Part shown: positions 52,122 to 64,000 of the stretch, one piece after another | How the letters are laid out: every line of letters starts with the position of its first letter | Position numbering within the stretch: position 1 is the stretch's first letter | Source of the DNA: Octopus sinensis | Taxonomy: Eukaryota | Assembly: GCF_006345805.1 (NCBI RefSeq) | Contig: NC_043008.1 | Location: 73,470,001-73,534,000, forward strand | Reading direction: 5' to 3' | Length of the DNA: 64,000 nt | Position numbers and translations under genes: made by a program | Notes under the pieces: generated by a model | Databases searched by the model: none | Seen by the model: the letters and a program-made list of their open reading frames with translations, nothing else | What the model was told of the DNA's origin: nothing

Positions 52122-53675
52122 ATGGAGACGAGTTGCGGGAATGCGTGCCTCACAAACGGCGACCACACCTGTTCACCGTCGTCTACATAGAGCCGGAGAT
52201 GTCGCAGTCTCAGCGCGTGTCTGCGCATCATCAACCACGGCATGCCCAGCCCTCCTTTTAACGGGTGTTGACAGCAAATGGATCGCCTGACCATCGGGAC
52301 GCATCCTATCCTCTTCCGCTTCTTGTGGAAAGGATGCGTCCCGATGGTCAGGCGATCCATTTGCTGTCAACACCCGTTAAAAGGAGGGCTGGGCATGCCG
52401 TGGTTGATGATGCGCAGACACGCGCTGATACTGCGACATCTCCGGCTCTATGTAGACGACGGTGAACAGGTGTGGTCGCCGTTTGTGAGGCACGCATTCC
52501 CGCAACTCGTCTCCATGACCGAACTACAGTCGTGGATCAAAAAGAGGCCGAAGAAGGGCGAATGGCACCGCGAGTGTCGCGTTGCTCTCAAGCAACTCTG
52601 CCGTCCCGGGTCGACCTTGAGTGACTTCAACACAACCAAAGCATTCTATAGGGGATTAGTGGAGGGGAGGTACGACGACGAGCTCGGGGCAAACCTGGGC
52701 GTCGACGAGGAATACCTGACCCGCCTGTTTCAAACGACTTTCGGCCCGGGACCTATGGACAACTTCCAGAGATCCCTGGCCTGGCGGTGCTACCGAGAAG
52801 CGCTACCCGTTCGGGATATTCTCTATAGACATGGCTCGAGAAACACGGGGCCGACCTGCCCGAGATGCGGGCAGAGCGACGAAACCGCTCTGCACGCAAT
52901 CGTGCAGTGTCCAGCAATTTCCCACCTGTGGGCTTATGTCGAACGACTGCTGTCACGTGTGGGACGTGTCGGTTTATCAGCCGAGTCTATCGTTAATATC
53001 GTCACGCCTCCTTCCTTCAAACGGGAAGGAAGAGCTATTTTTATCATACTTGTGGCTATGGCGAAAGAATGTATCTGGTGGACGCGTCTGAAAGGATTAG
53101 AGACAAACACTTTCCTCTCTGGTCAATCTCTCATCAACTTCTTCAAGTATCACTTGAAGAAAAAAGTGAGAGTAGAGAGGCAAGTTTTGTCTAGTGAATG
53201 TTTTAAAAAAAGATGGGTGAATGTAGCAAGGATGGCACGTATGAATGACGAAGCCACCTTGACTATGATTCTATGAACCGTAAAATTAATACAGAGAGTT
53301 GCTTATTTGCAAAAAAAAAAAAAAGAAATATAACATGTGACTTCATTGACCGAGGTTACCGTGGTCTTTTCCGTAGGCTTTTCTTTCCACGGGTAAACCT
53401 CACCTGTCCTCCCCTTTACACTTCATATTGACATTTCTGTGATAACGATCCCTATTGATCAATTTTTTTCCTCTCCCCCTTTTTTTAACCCCCCCTTTTT
53501 TTTTGTCCTCTTTCTCTCCTTTTACGATCCCTTTTGATCGACCCCCCCTTTTTTATTTTATTTTTATTTTATTTTTTTATTTTTTATTTTTTTATTTTTT
53601 AAACCTTCAAAAGAAAAGCTCTACCTTGTAATTTGTTCTATCTGTGTGCAGCCCTGTGTGGCTAATAAAGAAACA
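52122..53675 (+). mobile_element. Tx1/L1-clade LINE, 5'-truncated, with 186-bp fold-back duplication, inserted in (ATCT)n
   Basis: Native sequence from about 52308 (ILFRFLWKG...GGLGMP); 52122-52307 is the reverse complement of 52331-52516 with 1 mismatch; 3' UTR with AATAAA at 53664 then (ATCT)n. Confidence 0.88.
52308..53276 (+). CDS. Uninterrupted C-terminal part of LINE ORF2 (zf-RVT / CCHC domain); no native start
   Basis: LAWRCYREALPVRDIL...CPRCGQSDETALHAIVQC (CX2CX8HX4C)...IWWTR; no internal stop over about 320 codons. Confidence 0.75.
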   Translation: MLFRFLWKGCVPMVRRSICCQHPLKGGLGMPWLMMRRHALILRHLRLYVDDGEQVWSPFVRHAFPQLVSMTELQSWIKKRPKKGEWHRECRVALKQLCRPGSTLSDFNTTKAFYRGLVEGRYDDELGANLGVDEEYLTRLFQTTFGPGPMDNFQRSLAWRCYREALPVRDILYRHGSRNTGPTCPRCGQSDETALHAIVQCPAISHLWAYVERLLSRVGRVGLSAESIVNIVTPPSFKREGRAIFIILVAMAKECIWWTRLKGLETNTFLSGQSLINFFKYHLKKKVRVERQVLSSECFKKRWVNVARMARMNDEATLTMIL

Positions 53676-53676
53676 T

Positions 53677-53855
<179 letters not shown>

Positions 53856-54699
53856 TGGTCAGAAAATGTGAAGCAGAAGAGTTAGAAAATTCTGAAGTCT
53901 AACTGTTACATTTACTTGTAGACCTAAAATTGTACTGTTTTAAATTTTAAACCATCCATCCAGCATATATAATGACAGGAATCCTTACCACACAATCAGA
54001 ACTCTTCTCATGCTCATTACTACCTACACACGGAAGCACCCACACACACAATCCAAGACAAATGAAATATTAGTCATGTATCCAATATCAAATGGGAGAG
54101 AATCAAGGAGTATTGAATGTCCATCGAATCTTACCGTGTTTTTCACGAAATTCCACAAAGACGAAAATGAGGAGAGTAGTAGTTCCTCATAAACGTACGT
54201 GGACATCGAAACAAGCCGGCAGTGGACCAACGACGAGCACAGGCACATAACGTATGATAATAAGGTGCATAACGCATGGAAATAAAGTGCAAGAGCCAAC
54301 CATTTGGCATGGAACTGAGCACACTGGATCACTCCGAAGTAGAACCCTTCACAGCTTCTGTTAGTCTTCTGAATAGTACCAAATGAACTAAAAGGTGTCA
54401 CAAAGAATGTGTCTCAGTAGGATCTTCAACATTTGGAACATTTTGAAAAAAAACAATAAAATGATAGTCTAGAGCAGACAAGATAACAAAGAGCAGCTCA
54501 AAGTTTCTGTCTATATCTGTCATATTTTGTCAATCTCAATCTGACCCTAAAATGGCATGAATTTAGGCAGACTTGAAAATCTTTAAGATGATGATGATGA
54601 TGTCACGGATGATATATAAATATATATGTGTGTATGTATGTGTGTGTGTGTATGTGTGTGCGCGTATACATAAATATGTGTGTGTGTTTATCGGTGATC

Positions 54700-54823
54700 A
54701 TATACATATATATGTATGTATGTATGCATGTATGTATGTATGTATGTATGTATGTATGTATGTATGTATGTATGTTGTATGTATGTATGTATGTATGTAT
54801 GTATGTATGTATGTATATATATA

Positions 54824-54869
<46 letters not shown>
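54700..54869. repeat. (TATG)n/(TA)n microsatellite
   Basis: Directly visible. Confidence 0.95.
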
Positions 54870-54872
<3 letters not shown>

Positions 54873-55767
54873 TAAACGTTCACCTGGAATTAGAACAAAG
54901 GTAAATTTTTCTAAAGGTGTAAATAATACTAATGAACTTGGAAGAAATGAATTTCATTCTACCATGAATGAAGAAATAAATCTAAATCAAGGTGAAATAT
55001 AAAAAATCATCTTTGTAATTGTTCTGAACGGTATCCCTGTTATGTGAAGAATACGTGTAAGACTAAAAATGTAATATATAGACGTAAAGTTACATCTGAG
55101 TGTAATGAATACTTTTACATCGGTACGACACCATTAATTTTGAAGAAGAACCTGACAAATTATTTGAGTTCATTTAGAGATAAAAAATTAAAGATTCCAA
55201 ACAGGTCTTAGTAGATTAATCCACTCGATTGAAGACAGAAACAAAGACTATACTATCAATTGGGAATTAATTTGCACTGCAAAACCATACAGACCCGGAA
55301 CTAAAACATGTGGCCGCTGTTTAGAAGAATTTTACCAGATTTTTACATCTAAGTGTAATCTAATAAATTCTAGACAGGAACAAGCTTTGAGATGCTTGTA
55401 CATGACGAAATTCCCATTTGCCAAGTATAAATGAATGATAAACATTTAAACAACAGAACGGTTTGAAAAAACAGACTATAAATGATTATCGAATTAAAAC
55501 TTGAAATGAAGATTTTCGCGTCTAACTTAACGGACAACTCTATATCATACAATGCAGAGTAGAAAAACGAAAAACTTTAAACAGTTAAGAAAAAGATATT
55601 TAGTAAAGATATTGAAGAAACTGCCCCGGTATTATAGTAGGTTGCAATTGCAAAGGTTACAAACTGGTGCGGTTGAAACGTGTTGGTCTATGTAAAGCTG
55701 TATATATTTTAAAAGATCTCAATGTAATGTAATGCAACTTCGTTGTAATCCTTATTAGAAATATTGT

Positions 55768-55804
<37 letters not shown>

Positions 55805-57635
55805 TAAACGTTCACCTGGAATTAGAACAAAGGTAAATTTTTCTAAAGGTGTAAATAATACTAATGAACTTGGAAGAAATGAATTTCATTCTACCATGAA
55901 TGAAGAAATTAAATCTAAATCAAGGTGAAATATAAAAAATCATCTTTGTAATTGTTCTGAACGGTATCCCTGTTATGTGAAGAATACGTGTAAGACTAAA
56001 AATGTAATATATAGACGTAAAGTTACATCTGAGTGTAATGAATACTTTTACATCGGTACGACACCATTAATTTTGAAGAAGAACCTGACAAATTATTTGA
56101 GTTCATTTAGAGATAAAAAATTAAAGATTCCAAACAGGTCTTAGTAGATTAATCCACTCGATTGAAGACAGAAACAAAGACTATACTATCAATTGGGAAT
56201 TAATTTGCACTGCAAAACCATACAGACCCGGAACTAAAACATGTGGCCGCTGTTTAGAAGAATTTTACCAGATTTTTACATCTAAGTGTAATCTAATAAA
56301 TTCTAGACAGGAACAAGCTTTGAGATGCTTGTACATGACGAAATTCCCATTTGCCAAGTATAAATGAATGATAAACATTTAAACAACAGAACGGTTTGAA
56401 AAAACAGACTATAAATGATTATCGAATTAAAACTTGAAATGAAGATTTTCGCGTCTAACTTAACGGACAACTCTATATCATACAATGCAGAGTAGAAAAA
56501 CGAAAAACTTTAAACAGTTAAGAAAAAGATATTTAGTAAAGATATTGAAGAAACTGCCCCGGTATTATAGTAGGTTGCAATTGCAAAGGTTACAAACTGG
56601 TGCGGTTGAAACGTGTTGGTCTATGTAAAGCTGTATATATTTTAAAAGATCTCAATGTAATGTAATGCAACTTCGTTGTAATCCTTATTAGAAATATTGT
56701 TGATATATATATATATAATATATATATATATATATGAATAAACGTTCACCTGGAATTAGAACAAAGGTAAATTTTTCTAAAGGTGTAAATAATACTAATG
56801 AACTTGGAAGAAATGAATTTCATTCTACCATGAATGAAGAAATTAAATCTAAATCAAGGTGAAATATAAAAAATCATCTTTGTAATTGTTCTGAACGGTA
56901 TCCCTGTTATGTGAAGAATACGTGTAAGACTAAAAATGTAATATATAGACGTAAAGTTACATCTGAGTGTAATGAATACTTTTACATCGGTACGACACCA
57001 TTAATTTTGAAGAGAACCTGACAAATTATTTGAGTTCATTTAGAGATAAAAAATTAAAGATTCCAAACAGGTCTTAGTAGATTAATCCACTCGATTGAAG
57101 ACAGAAACAAAGACTATACTATCAATTGGGAATTAATTTGCACTGCAAAACCATACAGACCCGGAACTAAAACATGTGGCCGCTGTTTAGAAGAATTTTA
57201 CCAGATTTTTACATCTAAGTGTAATCTAATAAATTCTAGACAGGAACAAGCTTTGAGATGCTTGTACATGACGAAATTCCCATTTGCCAAGTATAAATGA
57301 ATGATAAACATTTAAACAACAGAACGGTTTGAAAAAACAGACTATAAATGATTATCGAATTAAAACTTGAAATGAAGATTTTCGCGTCTAACTTAACGGA
57401 CAACTCTATATCATACAATGCAGAGTAGAAAAACGAAAAACTTTAAACAGTTAAGAAAAAGATATTTAGTAAAGATATTGAAGAAACTGCCCCGGTATTA
57501 TAGTAGGTTGCAATTGCAAAGGTTACAAACTGGTGCGGTTGAAACGTGTTGGTCTATGTAAAGCTGTATATATTTTAAAAGATCTCAATGTAATGTAATG
57601 CAACTTCGTTGTAATCCTTATTAGAAATATTGTTG
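54870..57635 (+). mobile_element. Three tandem 933-bp copies of a Penelope-like 3' end (GIY-YIG plus 3' UTR), separated by (TA)n
   Basis: Units start at 54870, 55802 and 56736. Translation CNCSERYPCYVKNTCKTKNVIYRRKVTSECNEYFYIGTT... / frameshift / TGLSRLIH...YTINWELICTAKPYRPGTKTCGRCLEE...LINSRQE..LRCLYMTKF is the PLE EN pattern. Confidence 0.85.
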
Positions 57636-59299
57636 ATATATATATATATATATATATATTAATCGGAGAAAGTTTAATCCTCTGGGGGCCCGCGTTAGAT
57701 ATGCTGAGAAATCTGCTAAAGGAATATGTGTTCAATGAAACAGTGGTTATAATGGAAATCGAGTTGACAACATAATGTGTGTATGTGGCGTGTGTTTTTT
57801 TGGGGGTGGGGGGAGTGGAGAACTGCGTGCACGTGAAGGAGAAAATCTGTTTTTGCATTCAAACTATTACTGTCACCATAAAATTGCTCGTCATTTAATG
57901 ACAAGTGCTTATGTGGTACATATATATTGATTTGTGAATTGCATAGAAAAATCCCTGTGTATGTAACACTTATGTATTCACTGACGATTGTATTTGTAGA
58001 ATTATGTCTGTGTGTTCGTATAAGCGATTTGATGTATTTGTCTGTTACACCATATGTTTGTAAGCGCTTGTTTGTGTGTGTTGAATTGACAATTGTCACT
58101 TCTGTGTGACTGTAGAAAATACAAAGAAAAGTAAAAGTATTTCCTTCGTACGTTTTTGTAAAAAAAAAAATAGACCGTTTTAAAGGAAGTATTATCCAAA
58201 TATTAGAATTACGGTATATTTAATTATTTAGGGAAATGTAAGGTTATAGCTATAAACTATTAGATTGATCTCACTCCACGTTCTGTTAATTGCAGCTAAA
58301 AATATTAGTTGAATTGAAAATTTAGAAAGAAGAGAAAAGGTAGAATAATAAATTTACCCAAGATTAACGGGAAAAACATGTTGTGGTGAAACTATTAGTC
58401 GTAAGATACTGACGAAGCATCTTGCTATTAATATAACATATATAACAGAAAATTGACTGCATATATACACATGTACTTCCTATGCAGAAATGTTACTAAT
58501 GAGAGTTACCAGATTTTTCCATGTAGCAGCAATGTGTGTGTGTGTGTGTGTGTGTATGTGAGTATTTATGAGTGAGTGTGTGCGTGCGCGCGCATTCTTT
58601 CCTTATTGAATTAAGTACGATTCAGTAGCATTACAGGAGTACCTATAGTTTTATTTCCTTCTCTGCTTTACTTTCCCGTGAGACAATCTTGGAGTATTCA
58701 GTGATGTTGATCTTCTGTAGCTCTAAATTAGCTTTATTCGTTCACAGCTATCTCCTAAAGCGTTCAAGTCGCGACTCTTTGGTAATTTCTTCAGTTAAAG
58801 TAAAAAGAGAAATAAATGTATCCTGATTCTCAGCTATTAATCGAAAAACACGTATTACAATGAAGTCCTTCTTCAAGCATACTGTATTTCTCGACGTCAA
58901 GATGCACATAGAACGCTATAATTATTTTCCGAAGATAATGTCAGAACGGAAAACAGCGATGTATGAAAATAACTGAATCTTGAAGACTACACACACACAC
59001 ACACATACACGCACATGCATACATGCGCGCGCGCACACACACACATGCAAATTAATGTGTAAATAACATTTTGAGAGTGTTCGAATAGCCCAAACCAGCA
59101 TTCTAGTTCTAACAACCTTTATTCCAATGATTGCTATAATAGCTCGTTGCTTTAGGTTAATCTGAAGTTTTGTTTTCAATTCGCAATGTTAATTTCACAC
59201 ACGTATATATATAACTTAGATAACTTAGCTATGTTTCGACAAAAGATTAGTCCAGGCCATGTCTAAATTAATAGGACCACCTCTTAGGATTAGCTAAAT

Positions 59300-62200
59300 T
59301 TTTTTCCACATTATATTTTGTAGAGTGAGTTGTATTCCGGTATAAGAGGCTTATCTAGTATTCCTTGTAGAAATCAGTCCAGATTCCGTTTAAAGGTGAT
59401 GGGATCCTTTTCCTCTTTGGTCTGTTTCGGGACTATGTTAAATAGAGAAGGGCCAGTTGAGGAAAAGAAAATCGTGTTGCAGTGTATTTATGTGTTGTGA
59501 TTTTGAATTGAATAATTGAATAGAGGACGTACGTCCCGTGGTCTTAACCTTGGAAGAATTTTGAGGTCATTTGGGTAATGCTGGTCGTATATTCTCCACA
59601 TCGTGCAAATTATGTATCGCTCACGGCGGTGCTGGGGAGAATAGTTTCAATGCTTTAAGGCTGTCCCAATAATCGAGATCAGTCATGCCCTTAATTTTTT
59701 TAGTGAATGTCATCTTGGATGATTCAGTTTGTGAAATCTTTTGTTTTGCATGAAGAGGTCACAAGGGGCAGCAATATTCGAAATGTGGCCGCAAAATGGA
59801 GGGGAAAAGAAGAATGACAACACCTTGTTCTCTGGACCGAAGATTCTTAGGATCCAGGAGTTCATCCTACGAGCTATGTCAACCATATTGTTGACGTGGG
59901 CTCTCTAGCTGAAACTATTGTCAACAACTACTCCTAAATCTCTGATATTATTAGATTTTGTGAGTTGTTACCCTGAATGAAAAGAGTGTGGCAGTTTTAG
60001 CATAGTCTTTCTTCCACAATGCATGAGCTCAAATTTTCTCTCGTTTAATTGCATTTTGTTTTTGAATGCCAATTGACTCACAACATGTAGATCAGAGTGG
60101 AGTTCAGTTCGGTATTTTTCTCCATTGATAATTATCTGGAGTATAGAGTCATTAGCTATATTTCTTGACACTGGAAGCATCATTTATGTAGACTATAAAA
60201 AGAAGCGGGCCCATGACAATCAGAGGTGACACTACCGGTGACTTTTGCTGGACTTGAGTAGATTCCACCGATCAAAACATGTTGTGTTATGTTCGCCAGG
60301 AAATACTCAATCCTGTGTAATAGTTTTCCATAGATTCCAACATTTGACAATTTTGACAGTAGGATATTGTGGTCGACTCTGTCGAACACTTTATTGAAGT
60401 GAAGATATATAACATCAGAGTTCGAACCTAATCCCAAGGAATCCAGATATCCTTGATCTCACTACCATTTCAAACTTTTTAATGATATGGGAAATGAGGG
60501 AGATTGAGCGATAGTTGTCTACAAGGGATCTATTTCCCTGTTTGAAAAGCAGGATGACAGACTGGAATAAGAACTGTTTCTATATATAACCTGAGTCTAA
60601 ACAATTTCTCCAGAGGTTGGTTAGAGAGACTGCAAGTTGGTGTTTACATTCCTTCAATAGACTAGTGGTGAATCTATCAGGTCCTACGGCAGAATAGTAT
60701 TTAGTCACATTTATTGCTGCTATGATGTCTGAAGCAGTAAAGGTTATGCCTGAGATTGTGTTGGGAATCGGCTTCGTTCACATCCCTTATGTCAATATCG
60801 GTGGGATCACTAAAGACAGCAGTATTGTTTCTGCAGTACTTTTACCATTTCTTTAGCATCATATTGAACCAACTGGTGAGACAGTGGTCCTATCCTTATT
60901 TGCATATGAATAGAACACTTTTGGGTTCTGTTTGATTTTTTTGATTACCCACTGTTCCTCTGTAGCTCTTTGATTTTCAGTGCAGGTTTTCATGTTGGTC
61001 TGCAGATGAAATTTTTTCCAACTCATGCATTTTCATGGTTGCTGAATGTGGATGTTGTTTGTGGGAGTATTTTAACTGGTTGATTTTTTAAAATGAAGTT
61101 TTTTGATGCTCTTGATGAGTATTCATTTTCTCTCTAGGGAGCCTGTTTCTGTTTGTGCTAGTGAATTTCGTAGGAGCGTGTTTTGAGCTTGTATAGGTGA
61201 CAATGTTCTCAAAGCGCTGCCATGTGGTTTCAATGTCAGTGGAACTGAAAATGGAAGACCAGTCGATGAAAGACAGATCCTTTCTGATTGCGCCACAGTC
61301 CGCTTTGTGGAAGTCTATGTTGTCAAATAAGTGCAGTAGAGTGGGATTTACTGGTTTGGTTTTGATATGCCGAAAATTAAAGTTGCAGATTATCATGTCG
61401 TGGTCTGAGAGAGAGTCTTTTTCAACTGAAATGCTGTCAATGGAGCTAAAGTGGTTTGTTAATATCAGATCCGAAATCATTTTTATTCTGCCTGGTTTGT
61501 TTGAACACTAAATATGCCAGAAAAAATTCCTTCACTATATTAAAGAGTATTCCTGCTGCTTTATCTAGTGTAGTGCAGTTGCCTAACTTCAGAGTATTTG
61601 TGGGCCACTTTTCATAAGGGAGGTTGAAATCACCCATCACCAGTAAGTTTCTGGATTTGTATTTTTGAAGGAAGGACTTGATTTTGTTGAGTCATTCTTC
61701 AAAGCACTTTAGAGGTGCTTGGGAGATCAATAATGATTATGTCGTAGGGCTTGATGAATAATGATATGGATTAACAGTAGCCATTGGAAAGTATGTCCCT
61801 GGCATCAATTGCAAAGGAGACATGGAGAAAAATAACTGTTCCGCTTCTATTTCGGTCTGTGCGATCTGCACGGAAGAGGGTGAAATCTTTTTCACCTCGG
61901 CATCCATGTGAGTGCTTTTTAGGTGAGTTTCAGTGAGGATAAACAAAGGGATACTATGTGCCGTTTCGGATCTTCCATTTTGGGGCTGTGAGTGATGGGT
62001 TGTTGTCACGTTCATTTAGTAGGAACGTCAACACAAGGGTAGTTTCATGTTAGTATTGTTCTAAGTGCTTAGTCTTATATGTCATGTTGTTCAGAGGTAG
62101 CAGGTTTTGTATGGAGCTCTGTGTGTGGGGTGATGTTCTAGTTGATGGTGGGCGTGTGTTCCATGTGTTTTGACTATATGGCTGCTGATAGCTCGTTGAA

Positions 62201-62570
62201 TCTCCTCGTTTAGTTCAGCCTTCATGTTTTCTAGATAGGTTAGTAAATAAGAGTTAACTCTTTGGTTTGCCACTTGGTCCGATGATACATTCTTCATGTG
62301 TATGTTATTTGGTGTTATGATTTTCCCATAGTCTTATCTTCGTTGTTTGGTTTTACGAGGTAAAATGTAGTTGTATTTTGTTTTGTTGTTGTAGTTGCAT
62401 GCCTCTACTTTTATTTTTCGTTCGTTTTGTGTCCTTCAAATGGTGCTAGTTGCCTTCTAGGTTCAGGCACATCCTTTGTGACAGAATTTTGGCACATTTT
62501 AGGATGGAAGAAAGGGGAGCGTCCCTTGTTCATGCCACTAGGACACAACCACCTACGTACACATACATAC
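59300..62570 (-). mobile_element. Near full-length decayed CR1-like LINE (ORF1 remnant, APE endonuclease, RT)
   Basis: In 5'-3' order: CPSG..GRSPFFHPKMC (zinc-finger-like); ILTETHL; MGDFN; DLILTN..SDH; FHKAD; DVIYLHFNKVFDRVDH; KNKMQLNERKFELMH; YWDSLKALKL. Confidence 0.85.
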
Positions 62571-62599
62571 GCACACATACATATATGTATGTACATATG

Positions 62600-62632
<33 letters not shown>

Positions 62633-62852
62633 TTGTGTGTGTGTGTATATATATATATATTATATATATATATATATATATGTGTATATATATATGTATT
62701 TACATATATATATACACATACATATACATATACATATACACATATATATATACACACACACATATATATACATACACACACAAACACACACACATACATA
62801 TATATATACATATATGTGTTTATATGTGTGTGTGTGTGTATCTATATATATG
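62570..62852. repeat. Compound TA/TG/CA microsatellite
   Basis: Directly visible. Confidence 0.95.
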
Positions 62853-64000
62853 CAACTGATCTCGCCATTCACTTACTTTTGCTGTTCTATCGGAGGAGGA
62901 TTCAACAAAGTAGTGTGTTATATAAACTACCGGTAAAAAAAACCTGTACAGCGGCGAAATATATTGTATGTGTATTTCTATACGTGAGCTGATGTTCATT
63001 TCCAAATGTGCAGCTGTTTCCTCACAGCTGTACATTTTTTGAAGCCTTGTATATTTTATTACATTTTACATCTGATTCATTTCACTTTTCTAAAAGTCTC
63101 GTTCATCTGTTGAACGAAAATGCGTTCGGTTCATTTACTAGAAGTTTAACCATACAATTGAAGTATATATGACTGTGTAGCGGGGTAAACGTACATATCC
63201 GATGGGGCTTCCATGCAGTTACCGTCTGCCATATTCTACAGACGAGACGTTGCTCACACAAAAAGGCATAATATGTCATTCTGTTCAGGGTACACGGTAA
63301 AGAAGCGAACATTCTACTCTGCGTACCTATTCTCTGAAGTTAGTGGAAATGCTAATTCTCAGATGGAGATCCAGTGCGTAAATTCTCTGTCGTTTGCGTA
63401 AATATAAAATGATATATCAGGGATGATGACGTAGCACATGCAGTATGAATACGAAACTATGACACTTTAGGAAAAGTCTATATCAGCTCTGTAAGACGCA
63501 AAGTTATATGACGAGATCCACCAACTCCAAAATGCCTTTATTTTATAAAGAAGTTAAGAAAACAGAAAACAGATCGTGAAAAGGCAGAGAGAAAATGCGT
63601 AGGTTGAGTATTAGATACAAATACAAAATAATTCTATTCTGTTGAGTGTTTTACCTGCATTTCATACATTTATTTATCAATGTTGTTGGCCATCTCGAGT
63701 TAACAGCAATAACAACACAAAAAAGAATTAGCTTTGTCAACAGAATTGTTTTCAATAGACTCAGGAGAAGCTGAGATGTTTATACTACTGACTTAATCTA
63801 TTCCCTCATTCGATGCTACTCTTTTTTCTTCTTGTGCCATCATCCCTGCTGCCACCCTGCCGCCACCCTGCCACCACAAACGCCGCCGGTGCTTCCACCA
63901 CCACCACCGTTACCCTTCCCCAACAACAACAACAACAACAACAACAATAAGAACTACAACACCGCCACCATCAGCGTCATTATTATCACCATCATCACAT

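Noticed and set aside
55370-57418. Three identical 60-aa minus-strand ORFs
   Set aside because: They are antisense to the PLE GIY-YIG segment in the 933-bp repeat.

Overview
AT-rich, repeat-saturated eukaryotic DNA with no recognisable host gene. The SINE families and retroelement mix suggest a coleoid cephalopod, probably Octopus (inferred from recalled consensus sequences, not a search). It contains many microsatellites, three tRNA-type SINE families, decayed CR1-like and R4/Dong LINEs, a young 5'-truncated Tx1/L1-clade LINE inside an (ATCT)n array, Penelope-like (PLE) GIY-YIG remnants, a mariner pseudogene, a Helitron helicase remnant and several inverted-repeat elements. The main result is a set of hammerhead-ribozyme (HHR) motifs in several unrelated non-coding elements. 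The best case is 5281-6421: a 469-bp tandem unit with a near-canonical type I HHR (CUGAUGA, GAAA, palindromic stem III, GUC site), folded back into a 380-bp-arm palindrome, resembling a retrozyme/PLE-type circular-RNA retroelement. Also seen: a tRNA-headed SINE-like element with an HHR tail interrupted by a Dong LINE, a 3 x 933-bp PLE array, recurring fold-back 5' ends, and a SINE tail resembling the Tx1 3' end. All alignments and folds were done by eye; none of the ribozymes has been tested.
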